DNA of 62,345 nucleotides, filler included. It is 7 parts of 7 records of this genome, joined end to end, with 100 filler letters (N's around TTAATTAATTAA, not from the genome) between each part and the next. Parts side by side here need not be neighbours in the genome. Positions count along the whole stretch, not along the records: positions 27,407 to 35,255 come from SRR31156797_30097; positions 35,356 to 46,795 come from SRR31156797_30122; 5 more parts are not named here. One strand, given 5' to 3'. The notes beneath the pieces were generated by a model. It had not been told where the DNA came from, ran no database searches, and saw only the letters and a program-made list of their open reading frames with translations. Within the stretch, counting starts at the first letter, position 1. Every line of letters starts with the position of its first letter. Below are positions 32,898-43,039 of the stretch, piece by piece. Made by a program: the position numbers and the translations under genes.

Positions 32898-32935
32898 TTA
32901 ATCATTCGATTAACAAATGTCAATCATCTGATTAA
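32898..32935 (-). promoter_or_regulatory. tetR promoter with two AATC-N4-GATTAA operators
   Basis: TTAATC-ATTC-GATTAA (32898-32913) and TCAATC-ATCT-GATTAA (32920-32935), the second overlapping a minus-strand TTGACA. Confidence 0.65.
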
Positions 32936-32955
32936 TTTTCTCGCAAATAAATTCC

Positions 32956-33474
32956 CTACCAAAGATTTTTTGTGTCTAACTCTTTGTAGACCTTAGGAGC
33001 ATCAGACTTCTTGCTGATATTGATGACTTCCACACGGCGATTCTGAGCTCTGCCCTGTGCGCTTTCATTTGAAGCTATAGGCTGGTCCTCACCCATGCCC
33101 TGCACTTCGATGCGCTCCGGGTCAATATTGAAATGGACTGCAAGGTAATTTTTAACTGCTTCTGCACGCTTGAGGCTCAGAGAACGATTGTACTCACTTT
33201 TCCCGGCGGAATCAGTATGACCGACCAACCTGACCTGCATAGACGCCCCTGGCCCGGAAGTCAGCGCAGTTCCAAGGGAGTCCACTACCGAGTACGCCTT
33301 CTTGCTAATCTTGGATGAATTGACCTTAAACTCAATCTTCAGAAATGCCCTTCCACCCGGATCGGTGATCATACGCAGAATGTCATCAGAATTGGCAGCA
33401 AATCCATCCTGCTCGGCATAAGCAAACGGTAGGCAGGTAAATATAAATATGATTAGGACAGCTAACTTCTTCAT
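32956..33474 (-). CDS. OmpA-family peptidoglycan-binding protein
   Basis: Signal peptide; GHTD, NRSLSLKRA and NRRVE motifs. Confidence 0.9.
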   Translation of the reverse strand: MKKLAVLIIFIFTCLPFAYAEQDGFAANSDDILRMITDPGGRAFLKIEFKVNSSKISKKAYSVVDSLGTALTSGPGASMQVRLVGHTDSAGKSEYNRSLSLKRAEAVKNYLAVHFNIDPERIEVQGMGEDQPIASNESAQGRAQNRRVEVINISKKSDAPKVYKELDTKNLW

Positions 33475-33590
33475 AGGGTCCTCCGGGCAAAGTTTAAGGG
33501 ATAATTATAAAATACCCTGTCCACAGCTTTGGGGCAAGGGTTTCAGTCCACAGGAGACCGCTGTAAATAAATATCTAAAAACAGACTGTC

Positions 33591-34007
33591 TCAATATCCG
33601 GGTTTAGAACGGCTCTTTTTTAGATCAGAACGCTTCTTCTTACCATCCATCCTTTTACGTTTTGCGGAATATGGGACTTTGGTTTTCTTTCTTTTGCGCA
33701 CAGGCTTCAAGGCCTCGGCAATAAGTTTGGCAAAACGGAAAACTGCTTCTTCCTTGTTACGGAACTGACTGCGATGCTCTTCGCAGGAAATCTGCAACTC
33801 ACCTTTGGAGTTAATCCGCCCGGACAGCCGAGTTTTGATTAAAGACTTCCGGTGGTCACTCAGGCTGGGAGAATCCTGAACATTAAAGACAAGGGTCACC
33901 TTGGATGAAGTCTTGTTAACGTGCTGACCGCCGGGGCCGGAACTGCGGCTGGTCAGAAAACTAATTTCATTATCAGGTATGGACAATACGGGAGTGATAC
34001 TTATCAT
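33591..34007 (-). CDS. arfB: Alternative ribosome-rescue peptidyl-tRNA hydrolase
   Basis: SSGPGGQHVNK, RSQFRN and a basic C-terminal tail. Confidence 0.93.
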   Translation of the reverse strand: MISITPVLSIPDNEISFLTSRSSGPGGQHVNKTSSKVTLVFNVQDSPSLSDHRKSLIKTRLSGRINSKGELQISCEEHRSQFRNKEEAVFRFAKLIAEALKPVRKRKKTKVPYSAKRKRMDGKKKRSDLKKSRSKPGY

Positions 34008-34119
34008 AGCTATCGGTTGGATATTCTGTCTTTTGTATGCGTATGTGGCGTACGCAGTCTATTAAGTACGGTGCTTCGGGTCTTGCATCGTTCTTACTTT
34101 TTTTCAAGGAGAATTTATT

Positions 34120-34479
34120 ATGAAAATCGCACTTCCCTCTAGAGATGGAATGGTCGACGGTCACTTCGGACATTGTGAAGCTTTCACCATCTACACTCTG
34201 GATGAGTCCAAAAATATCATCGAAGAAGAAAAACTTACACCTCCCCCGGGCTGCGGATGCAAATCCAACATTGTGCCCACCCTCGCTGAAATGGGCGTAA
34301 AGGTTCTGCTGGCAGGCAACATGGGTCAGGGTGCGGTTAACCTCTTGCAGAACAACGGCATTCAGGTTATCCGCGGTTGTGGTGGTGAACTCAAAGAAGC
34401 AGTTGCACAGTGGGCGACAGGAAGCCTGACCGACTCCGCAACTGTCTGCGACGACCACGGTTCCTGCGGCAACCATTAG
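34120..34479 (+). CDS. NifB/NifX-family metal-cluster-binding protein
   Basis: MKIALP, HFGHC, GCGCKS and GNMGQGA motifs. Confidence 0.9.
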   Translation: MKIALPSRDGMVDGHFGHCEAFTIYTLDESKNIIEEEKLTPPPGCGCKSNIVPTLAEMGVKVLLAGNMGQGAVNLLQNNGIQVIRGCGGELKEAVAQWATGSLTDSATVCDDHGSCGNH

Positions 34480-34521
34480 GATATAATCCCAAGGCCGCAA
34501 ATAAATAATTGGAGATAGAAC

Positions 34522-35004
34522 ATGAATGAATGTCCCTGCGGTTCCGGCAACGCTTACGAAAGCTGCTGCGAACCCTACATCACAGGAAAAGAGCCTGCAC
34601 CCACTGCTGAAGCACTTATGCGTTCCCGCTACAGTGCATTCGCTGTAAAGAATGTCGACTACCTCGGTGATACCCTCGCCCCGGAAAGCAAGCATGATTA
34701 CGACGAAGATCAGGTCAAAACTTGGGCAGAAACATCCACATGGCTCGGCCTTGAAATTGTTTCTACCTCCAAGGGCCTTGCCGACGATGAAACCGGCGAA
34801 GTCGAATTCATCGCCAAATTCAGGCAATCGGGAGCTATCCACACCCATCACGAAGCCAGCCGCTTTGAAAAAAGAGACGGCAACTGGCTTTACCTTGATG
34901 GCGACATCGTTCCTCCCATGCCGATCAAGAAAGATAAGAAAATCGGACGCAACGAGCCCTGCCCTTGCGGCAGCGGCAAGAAATACAAGAAGTGCTGCGG
35001 CTAA
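34522..35004 (+). CDS. YchJ-family protein with N- and C-terminal SEC-C motifs
   Basis: [29 protein letters not shown] and [18 protein letters not shown] motifs. Confidence 0.92.
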   Translation: MNECPCGSGNAYESCCEPYITGKEPAPTAEALMRSRYSAFAVKNVDYLGDTLAPESKHDYDEDQVKTWAETSTWLGLEIVSTSKGLADDETGEVEFIAKFRQSGAIHTHHEASRFEKRDGNWLYLDGDIVPPMPIKKDKKIGRNEPCPCGSGKKYKKCCG

Positions 35005-35033
35005 CCGCAACCTTCCACAAGTCTGAAAATGAT

Positions 35034-35068
35034 AAAACCCCCGCTCCAAGGAACGGGGGTTTTGTTTT
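35034..35068 (+). terminator. Intrinsic terminator
   Basis: AAAACCCCCG...CGGGGGTTTTGTTTT. Confidence 0.8.
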
Positions 35069-35255
35069 GGTATTAGGGCAGTTGCCTCTTGTCATGAAAC
35101 TAAAAACGCTATTCATACATGAACAGGGCTTTCTTGGGTATCAACGACTGGATTCATTGCACCAAAATTTAAGCGCGAAGCCTAGCCTGCGCCGTTTTTA
35201 TCATTAAAACCAAGCACGGCTATACCAATCCCCCAAAAAGCATTACAAGACGAAT

Positions 35256-35355
35256 NNNNNNNNNNNNNNNNNNNNNNNNNNNNNNNNNNNNNNNNNNNNT
35301 TAATTAATTAANNNNNNNNNNNNNNNNNNNNNNNNNNNNNNNNNNNNNNNNNNNN
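35256..35355. other. Artificial contig spacer
   Basis: N-run with linker. Confidence 0.99.
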
Positions 35356-35356
35356 G

Positions 35357-36583
35357 GGCTTCAAGCTGAAGAAGTTCAAACTTCAGGACCGTTATCAGTT
35401 TCAGGGCCTTCCCATATCCATTGAGAACAAAAAGGGTTCCTGGCGCCGGGGCGTTGATCCGGACGGCCATGAATGGAAAATTCGTATGGCCTTTGATTAT
35501 GGATATATCCGTAGGACCAAGGGTGAGGATGATGAGGGTGTGGATGTTTATGTGGGAGAGGATCGATCCGCAAAGCACGTTTACATCGTGAAGCAGCACA
35601 AGATTGAAAAAGTCAAAGGGTGGAAGGGTGAGTATTGTCCTGTATGTAACGAACATGCCCATGATTGCACATGCAAGGAATTTTTTGACGAGGACAAGGT
35701 TTTTCTCGGTTTTCCGAATAAAAGGGCCGTGATCAAGGCGTATGGCCGACAGTACGATTCACCGCTTTTTATGGGGCCGATTTCCACCATGACCATTGAA
35801 GATTTCAGAGCCTTGGTGGGCGGTCCCTGGGAAAAGGTCAAATTGCCCTTGCAGTTCGTGGGTGAAAGTGCGGCGGTCAGGACACCGCTGACGGTCCACG
35901 AAAACATCCAGCGGGGCCGGGAAGCCATGAAACGGGTCATCTCCCGCCATGTCGATGAACCTCGGGCAATGTTTCGCAAGGATCTGGGCTGGATCGCTTT
36001 TTATTGGGGAAAACCGGGCAAACAGCCGCCAGAGTTCGGCTCGAAACAAGAGATGCTTGATTGGTGGAATGGCCTTTCAAATAAATTCTCATTGTTCCGG
36101 AAAGGGCATGGGATATCGCATATTATTGCTAAACGCGATTGGGAAGGGCGCTATATCGAACCATTTTTAGGACAGGATGGGAAGGAAGTCGCCTTCAAAT
36201 TGGTTGAAGTGATTGCAAAAGGAAGAATGCTGGCAAACGGCGGAGGTGGAGCTCGGGTAGATATCTCTTACCGCGGTTACATGGTGACGTTATCAAAAAA
36301 GCTGTTCGAAAAAGAACAGGTTTGGGTCCTGTCTGGAATGAAGAAGCTGGGCAAAGATGAGGCATATGAAATAGTACTTGAATCTTCCGATGATCGTGGC
36401 TTTAGCTCTATGGCCACGACCTACACACCACAAGACTTCAATGGCCATCTTGTGGCGGGAGCGGAAGATTCAAGCCTGGTTACTTCTGATGGAACCGGAG
36501 AGGTTAACGACTCGACCGGCCCTACACACGATGGACCTACACTTACTCGTTCCACCGAGGGAGCAGAAGCAAATATCCTATAG
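35357..36583 (+). CDS. Polyvalent-type protein: InPase domain with Cys/His insert plus PBECR-type nuclease domain, 5'-truncated
   Basis: Frame open from contig start: ISIENKKGSWRRGVDPDGHEW..M..DYGYIRRTKGEDDEGVDVYVG...FDEDKVFLGF; then AMFRKDLGWIAFYWG...GHGISHIIAKR...WVLSG. Confidence 0.75.
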   Translation, partial: GFKLKKFKLQDRYQFQGLPISIENKKGSWRRGVDPDGHEWKIRMAFDYGYIRRTKGEDDEGVDVYVGEDRSAKHVYIVKQHKIEKVKGWKGEYCPVCNEHAHDCTCKEFFDEDKVFLGFPNKRAVIKAYGRQYDSPLFMGPISTMTIEDFRALVGGPWEKVKLPLQFVGESAAVRTPLTVHENIQRGREAMKRVISRHVDEPRAMFRKDLGWIAFYWGKPGKQPPEFGSKQEMLDWWNGLSNKFSLFRKGHGISHIIAKRDWEGRYIEPFLGQDGKEVAFKLVEVIAKGRMLANGGGGARVDISYRGYMVTLSKKLFEKEQVWVLSGMKKLGKDEAYEIVLESSDDRGFSSMATTYTPQDFNGHLVAGAEDSSLVTSDGTGEVNDSTGPTHDGPTLTRSTEGAEANIL

Positions 36584-36697
36584 TAAGAGTATCAATAATA
36601 CCCCAAGGGATGTCAAGAGAACTTTCGATTATTGATTGGACACCATTGAGCTGCAACGGTATCGATTTTTGTTTTGGTGGGAAATGCTATCTTTATT

Positions 36698-36729
36698 TAA
36701 AGCTGAAAAGATTAAATGATAAAAAGTGA
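36698..36729 (+). promoter_or_regulatory. Four phased 8-bp AT-rich units upstream of darB
   Basis: TAAAGCTG AAAAGATT AAATGATA AAAAGTGA, following a TGcTATCTT extended -10-like element. Confidence 0.4.
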
Positions 36730-36743
36730 AGGATTTGTAAATA

Positions 36744-39700
36744 ATGGGTGAAGCCTTGATTTTGGAGCGGGCGATACCGCAGTCAGTGCGTGAAAGAATA
36801 GAAGGGGCAAAATCCTATGACGATATTGCCCAGGTATTTGCGGAAGTGTTTTTCATGGCATCTATCCCGGGCATTGAAACCGGGCCGACGGCATACAAAA
36901 ATGAAAAATCAGACTTTGGGTTGAAATCCAAAGGAGTTAAGACACGGGAGAAAATCAACGCCAAGGCCCGGGAAATCCTGAAAAAGGCAGACAAGTTGGA
37001 CGACTTGTCCCAGGAGGATATTGATTTTCTGAAACAATATTCCGGACGGGGCGGTTTGACCGAGAATTCTCAGTTTGAATATTACACTCCGACCCCCATT
37101 GCCGAAGGTGTGTGGGATATTTTGAAGATGCACGGGTTTGAAAACGGTAATGTGCTGGATCCTTGCACCGGTGCCGGTGCCTTCCCTACCACCAAGCCCA
37201 AGGGCGTTCTGGTGACCGGGGCAGATATCGACCCTGTGGGGTCCAAGATAGCGCAGATGTTCAACCCGGAAGATTCCATCAATAACAGTTCCTTTGAGGC
37301 CCTGGTCGCGAAGACCGAGGACAGCTCCTTTGATTCTGTGGTCGGAAACGTGCCTTTTGGTGATGCCCGGGGGAAGAGCATCCATGAGGATCCAGCATAC
37401 AAGACTGAAAAGCGCATCGAGCGGTATTTCCTGCTGAGGATCATGGACAAGCTTAAACCCGGTGGCCTGGCCTGCCTGGTTGTCCCGATCAACATCGTCG
37501 GCGCCAAGAACGACAAGTGGAAGAGATTCCGTATCGCCATGAGCAAGAAGGGGGAGTTCCTTGGGGCCCATAAGTTGCCATCCAAGGCTTTCCGTGCTCA
37601 GGGGACCGATACCGTTGTTGATATTATCGTTTTCAAGAAACACCCCCAGGACCTGCTTGACAAGGTTGATGATATTGATTTTGAAACCCTGAAAGAGTCG
37701 AACTTCATATGGGATGAGTTCATCAATGGTCAATATTGGGCAGGGGAGGGGAAGCGGTTCATCCAGGGTAAATATGTCCCCAAGGTGGCCGGGGACCGGT
37801 GGAGCCGAGAAACCGTCGACGGTGATATTGATGCCATGGCTATCAAAAGTAAACTGGCACAGCATTTTGATTCCCGAATTGACTGGGATGCCTTGGAGAG
37901 TGCTCCTGTGGCAGTAAAAAATTACGTGAATGGTGACCAGAAGATTATCAACGGCATCCAGTATGAAATGGTGGGCGGTGAATGGCAGAGGGTTCACCTG
38001 GTTGAAAAAGATGATATCGGTATCGATGAGGGCAAATATGGGGCGAAGACTATCGAGGACCTCAAGGCTATGCTCGCATCTCCGGAAGGCGCCCTGGGAC
38101 TCACATCAAAGCAGCTGTTTTCTATTTACAAAACCTGGCCGGACATGCTCTCACCTCTTCAGAAAGACGCGGTTGAATTCTCCATGAGCCAACCCGATGA
38201 TTCTTTCCATGAACAGGCCAGCAGGGGAACTATCATCGGCGGGCTCCTGGGAAGATTGAAGGCGCATCCGGACGAGAATGAGCGGACCCGTCTGCAGGAA
38301 CTGGTAGTCGCTGAAATCGAAAAGTATGGCCACCCAAAGAATAACGCGCAGCTTTGCCTGACCGGATCCTCCTCACGGCAGTTCGGGCTTTTCATGAATT
38401 CCGTGGATGAAAAAGGGCAATTTTCCGATCTTCTGGCCGGCACCCTGGAAGCAGACCGGAGTGAGTTTGATTCCACCAATATTCAATCCATCGTTGAGCA
38501 TCTTTTTGTCCGGGAGGGCATCCATGCCATTGAGCTTGAGGATGTTAAAAAGCTGTATGCCGGCACCATGAAACTCGATTCTCTTGGGGACCTGGCTCAG
38601 GTGGAGAACATTGCCATTACGGCAGATGGCATGGTGATGCCCTTTGGCCGGTACACTGCCGGGGATATTTATGCCAAAGTTCAGGCCATGACCGATGCCA
38701 TGGCGGACGAGGAGGATCAAAGGATCAAGGATAAATGGCAGCAGCAGATAGACGCGATCAAGAAGAAGCGTAAGGTCACGGCCACCGAGGATATAACTTT
38801 CGGATTGCAAGATAAGTGGTTTTCCAAAAAGTACTTGGTGGACTTCCTTCGTGAAAACGGATACCCGGGTCTGAAGTACGGCTATTACGAAGAGGTCGAG
38901 AAAGAGGATCTCCTCGATGGAAGTACGTTCATGGGCAGGCAGTTTGTTGAAGACGTGGACGCCATCGAAGGGGAGTTTATCGGTATCCAGGGGAGCGGCT
39001 TTTCCAAGCAGTTCCTGAAATATCTGAACGGCGGTAAAATCACATCCTCCAAGCAGGAATACATTGAAGAGTATAAAAACGAGGTTGCGGCCGTAACGGA
39101 AAATTTTAACGCCTGGATGCAGCAACATGAAGACATGGACCAGGTTGCGGCCACCTACAACCGGAAGTTCAATGCCTTTTTGCCCCACGAGTATGAGGAT
39201 ACCGACCTGCATCTCGAGGGCTTTGCCAAACAGGTGAAGTTGCACGGATACCAGAACTCGGCCATTCGCCGGTTGTCCGAGGAGGGCCGGGGGATCCTGG
39301 GGGATGATGTCGGGCTTGGGAAGACCTTCCAGGCCATTGCACTGGCACAATACAATAAGCAGATGGGCAGATCAAAGAAAACCTGTATAGTTGTTCCGGA
39401 CGCTGTGCTGGCGAACTGGTATCATGAGGTTAATTTCCTGACGGGCAACATGAATGATGTCCTGTTTGTGGGGTTTGAACCCAAGCGGGACAAAACCGGG
39501 AGTATCCTCCGGGAAGCTGTGAAGGATGAAACCGGACAGCCGAAGATCAATAAGCTTACCGGAGAAACTGAATATCAGGACGTCCTGATAAAGCGGAAAT
39601 CGAAAAAAGATATTTGGGAGAAAATGTGGGAGATCCCCACGAGCAGTAAGTCCCTTGTTGTTATGACCAAGGAGAAGTTCGGTTCTATCCCCATGCGTCC

Positions 39701-42700
39701 GGAGACAAAAGAAAAGTACACCTCCAAGATGGTCGAGCGTTCCTTGATCAGTGCCCAAATGGGAGAATCTCTCTTGAAGGATGGTGGCAAAAAAAAGAGC
39801 TACCAGGACGATAAAGATAAGGCCAACCTTGAGGCAAAATACGCCGATGAAGGCACGTCAAAAAAAGAGGAACTGCCTTATTTTGAAGACATGGGCTTTA
39901 CCGATGTCATCATTGATGAAGCCCACGAGTATAAGAATTCGTATCAGGCCAAAGACACCAAGGGGATCGCTTACCTGCCTTCCGCGCCATCTTCCAAAAG
40001 GGCCATGGACATGACCTTGAAGACATCCTACCTGAAAGATGTCAACAATGGCCGTGGCGTTTATCCTCTCACTGCAACACCGGTAACCAATTCCGTCTTT
40101 GAAATTTATAATATGCTCTCCTATGTCTGCCCTGTCGAAGAATTCGAACGATTCGGGGTTTACACCGTCGATGATTTCGTTAAGGCCTTTGGCAAGATCG
40201 AGCCGGTTGACAAGGTGATGGTCAGCGGGGAGGTGAAGCCCCGGGATGGATTGGTGGGATTCCGGAACCTGGACGGCCTTCGGAATCTGTTCCATAAATA
40301 CTGCATCCTGAGAAATGCCGAAGACGTAGGGCTCGAGTTGCCGCCCCATGAAGAGGTCAACGATGAAGTTGCGTTGTCCGGAGAGCAGGTTGAAATTTAC
40401 AACGTTCTCAGAGACGAGGCCAAGGAAGCGGCCAAGCCCGGTTCAAAAGTATCTATGTTCTCCGTTATCCGGGACATGGATCGAATAACCACGGATGCAG
40501 ATCTGTACAACCACAAAATGACGTTTCATTTCCGTCCGGAGGATGAAACAAAAGTCCAGAAGCTTGTGGCTGATCTTCCAAGCATGATGACGGTGACCGA
40601 AAAAGGTGAGGACGGACGGTCGTTCAAAACACAAGTCGAGGTCACCCATGAGACATCAAAGGAAGATGGTGCTTATGTTCTGGTGGTCCCGGAGCAGGTG
40701 GAAACGGCTGTTGCTACCAGGTTGGCCAGGTTCGGCATTGATGATGCTGATGTATCACACCCCTTGACGCCAAAGTATGCCAAATTGGTTGAGAACCTTC
40801 GTTTGCACCTTGAGGCGAACGGCAAGCAGATTATTTTTACCGAGGAAAAATCCCAGCACCAGAAACTCAAAAGGATACTTGCTCACCATGTTCCCCTTGC
40901 CCGGGACAAGATCGGCATCATTAATGCCGAGGAGGCCGAGGGAAGCAAGCTGCAGAAGATCTCGGACTCCTACAATTCGGGCAAGATAAAAATCGTGATT
41001 GCAAACAAAAAGGCTGAGGTCGGGGTCAACCTGCAAAAGGGGACCACCGCCATTCATCATCTAACCCTACCATGGACGCCGGCAAGTATCCAGCAGCGGA
41101 ACGGCCGCGGGGTCCGCCAGGGAAATAAGGCCGCCAATATCAAGATTTATTATTACCTGGGCGGCAAATCTTTTGATTATTACCGCCTGGATTTACTGAA
41201 GCGTAAGTCCAATTGGATGCGGGATCTTTTCAATGGGGACGCTGTTGAATCGGAGAATGCCAACGCCCTTTCTCAGGACGATATGTTCGATCTTCTGGCA
41301 GACAATCCAGAAGAGGCCAAACGTCGGAGAATGGAGCGCTTGGCCAAGCAGAAAGAGGAGCGGGAAGAACGGGAACGCCGCCGGCTGATCAATATGATGC
41401 AGCAGGTCGCAAATATCAATGAAACTCTGGCTCGTTATGATGAAAAGAAAGGAGAGCGTCGGAAAAAACTTGAAAGTGATATCTCAGAGCACGAGCGGGT
41501 TATTGCGGATCTCCGGGCAAGGGGCCTGAAGTTTGAAGAGGGAGATGAGCGCCGGAAAAAGATCGGGGCCCGGATCTCAAAAAAACAAAAGCGGTTGGCC
41601 GAATCCAAGAAAACCTTGTCCGGGCTTGATGCGGCCTTCGACGCAAAAAAGGTCGTTCTCGAGGCTAAAACAAAGCAGCTCCGTGGTGTTTTGAACCTGA
41701 AGGCCCAAAAGGGGGAATTGCCCTTTGATGCAAAGCTGATCGATCATCCGGAGGACATGGTTGCAACCCTGGACGGCAAGGTGCTTGTGGTCGGAGAAAC
41801 CTATGAGAACCGGAGAGATCCTTCAAATATTTACAGGATTACAAAGGTATTTAATGATCCCAAGTGTGTTCAGTTGGAGGCGGTTATGGGTGGGTTGTAC
41901 AGTCTCAGACAGTCCTATGTTCAAGGTATTGACGGCCTGGTCGTCCTTCTGGCCAATTGGTCTTTCAAGAATCTCGTGAAATGCTCTTACTCGGAAAAAG
42001 AGCTTGCCTTGAAAAAGGTCTTGGCTTCAAGCATGGCCTATCAGGAGATTTCCAAAGAGATAGACAAGGCCACCTTCTATGAGAATGTCGATAAAATGGA
42101 GCTTTACGGCGATTTCCTGGTGCGGACAGTGGATGGGCACGAATTTAATCACGGATCGGATATCAAAGATCGAAGCACCATTGTTTATCCGGAACCCGGG
42201 AAGGAGGGGTTCCGTAAAGTTCTGGCGGAGACATACCTTGCCGCCTTCAGGGAGCATGGGTATGTGAGCGTATCCATATCAAGCATCATGGCAGGCGTAT
42301 TCGGCAGCGACTGGAAAAATGTTGCCATGGAATACGGCAAGATCGTAACGGAGACGGAGATCAGGAGCTTTTATGGCAATTTCATTCAGGATTATCTTGA
42401 TGATCACCTGGATAACGGTGCCAATGAAACAGACCCACGAATAATCCTGAGCGTTTTTAAAAACCGCTATAGCCCTACGGGACTTCATGCCAAGATCGGG
42501 GTTGCCGCGGAAAAGATCGGGGACAATACGGTATTTATTCGGAAGGTCCTGGGAGAATGTATGAGAAGTCATGAGGAAGACCTACGAGAGAAGACCCGAC
42601 AAATCGAAAAAGAAGAGGAGCTGGCTAAGCTTGAAGAGTTGAAGAACCATCCCGATTACAAAGAAGTGCCCGGGAGGATACGGGAAGCATTCGAGCAGAT

Positions 42701-42962
42701 GGGGATCACTGTTAAAACCAACATGACCCAGGCGGTATTGCCGGGGACCCGTCGATTCCGAGATACCACGGTAGAACCCTTTTCCAGATGGTTTATCCAG
42801 GATAAGCACGGCAAGGCCGGGGTGCTTTTCCGGGTGAAGGATATCCTGAAAGCTCGGTATAATGCCAAATTTTTCAGCAGCCAGTCCGGGGATTTCCACG
42901 GGGCCTGGTGGCATGTCAGCTCCCAAGAAGATCTTGAGGATATTTATGAACTGATGGTGTAA
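36744..42962 (+). CDS. darB: DarB-like antirestriction protein (N6-adenine methyltransferase plus SNF2 helicase)
   Basis: EYYTPTPIAEGVW, LDPCTGAG, VVGNVPFG, EFLGAHKLP, DDVGLGKT, IIDEAH, LTATP and QQRNGRGVRQG; closely follows P1 DarB as recalled. Confidence 0.85.
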   Translation: MGEALILERAIPQSVRERIEGAKSYDDIAQVFAEVFFMASIPGIETGPTAYKNEKSDFGLKSKGVKTREKINAKAREILKKADKLDDLSQEDIDFLKQYSGRGGLTENSQFEYYTPTPIAEGVWDILKMHGFENGNVLDPCTGAGAFPTTKPKGVLVTGADIDPVGSKIAQMFNPEDSINNSSFEALVAKTEDSSFDSVVGNVPFGDARGKSIHEDPAYKTEKRIERYFLLRIMDKLKPGGLACLVVPINIVGAKNDKWKRFRIAMSKKGEFLGAHKLPSKAFRAQGTDTVVDIIVFKKHPQDLLDKVDDIDFETLKESNFIWDEFINGQYWAGEGKRFIQGKYVPKVAGDRWSRETVDGDIDAMAIKSKLAQHFDSRIDWDALESAPVAVKNYVNGDQKIINGIQYEMVGGEWQRVHLVEKDDIGIDEGKYGAKTIEDLKAMLASPEGALGLTSKQLFSIYKTWPDMLSPLQKDAVEFSMSQPDDSFHEQASRGTIIGGLLGRLKAHPDENERTRLQELVVAEIEKYGHPKNNAQLCLTGSSSRQFGLFMNSVDEKGQFSDLLAGTLEADRSEFDSTNIQSIVEHLFVREGIHAIELEDVKKLYAGTMKLDSLGDLAQVENIAITADGMVMPFGRYTAGDIYAKVQAMTDAMADEEDQRIKDKWQQQIDAIKKKRKVTATEDITFGLQDKWFSKKYLVDFLRENGYPGLKYGYYEEVEKEDLLDGSTFMGRQFVEDVDAIEGEFIGIQGSGFSKQFLKYLNGGKITSSKQEYIEEYKNEVAAVTENFNAWMQQHEDMDQVAATYNRKFNAFLPHEYEDTDLHLEGFAKQVKLHGYQNSAIRRLSEEGRGILGDDVGLGKTFQAIALAQYNKQMGRSKKTCIVVPDAVLANWYHEVNFLTGNMNDVLFVGFEPKRDKTGSILREAVKDETGQPKINKLTGETEYQDVLIKRKSKKDIWEKMWEIPTSSKSLVVMTKEKFGSIPMRPETKEKYTSKMVERSLISAQMGESLLKDGGKKKSYQDDKDKANLEAKYADEGTSKKEELPYFEDMGFTDVIIDEAHEYKNSYQAKDTKGIAYLPSAPSSKRAMDMTLKTSYLKDVNNGRGVYPLTATPVTNSVFEIYNMLSYVCPVEEFERFGVYTVDDFVKAFGKIEPVDKVMVSGEVKPRDGLVGFRNLDGLRNLFHKYCILRNAEDVGLELPPHEEVNDEVALSGEQVEIYNVLRDEAKEAAKPGSKVSMFSVIRDMDRITTDADLYNHKMTFHFRPEDETKVQKLVADLPSMMTVTEKGEDGRSFKTQVEVTHETSKEDGAYVLVVPEQVETAVATRLARFGIDDADVSHPLTPKYAKLVENLRLHLEANGKQIIFTEEKSQHQKLKRILAHHVPLARDKIGIINAEEAEGSKLQKISDSYNSGKIKIVIANKKAEVGVNLQKGTTAIHHLTLPWTPASIQQRNGRGVRQGNKAANIKIYYYLGGKSFDYYRLDLLKRKSNWMRDLFNGDAVESENANALSQDDMFDLLADNPEEAKRRRMERLAKQKEEREERERRRLINMMQQVANINETLARYDEKKGERRKKLESDISEHERVIADLRARGLKFEEGDERRKKIGARISKKQKRLAESKKTLSGLDAAFDAKKVVLEAKTKQLRGVLNLKAQKGELPFDAKLIDHPEDMVATLDGKVLVVGETYENRRDPSNIYRITKVFNDPKCVQLEAVMGGLYSLRQSYVQGIDGLVVLLANWSFKNLVKCSYSEKELALKKVLASSMAYQEISKEIDKATFYENVDKMELYGDFLVRTVDGHEFNHGSDIKDRSTIVYPEPGKEGFRKVLAETYLAAFREHGYVSVSISSIMAGVFGSDWKNVAMEYGKIVTETEIRSFYGNFIQDYLDDHLDNGANETDPRIILSVFKNRYSPTGLHAKIGVAAEKIGDNTVFIRKVLGECMRSHEEDLREKTRQIEKEEELAKLEELKNHPDYKEVPGRIREAFEQMGITVKTNMTQAVLPGTRRFRDTTVEPFSRWFIQDKHGKAGVLFRVKDILKARYNAKFFSSQSGDFHGAWWHVSSQEDLEDIYELMV

Positions 42963-42967
42963 AGAAA

Positions 42968-42991
42968 TAAAGTTTTAAATTTTGAAAGTTT
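42968..42991 (+). promoter_or_regulatory. Three phased 8-bp units upstream of ulx
   Basis: TAAAGTTT TAAATTTT GAAAGTTT. Confidence 0.4.
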
Positions 42992-43039
42992 TTGATAGAT
43001 TCGGGTCATATCGGCCTGAATCTTAAAAGGAAAAATATC

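Noticed and set aside
33973-35049. 358-aa minus-strand ORF and other long antisense ORFs (e.g. 36909-37997, 38373-39350, 48691-49608)
   Set aside because: Shadows of well-supported opposite-strand genes with no recognisable motifs.
36744-42962. MTase-helicase as a host restriction-modification or defence gene
   Set aside because: No nuclease domain recognised; DarB-specific motifs and ulx/portal/protease context favour antirestriction.
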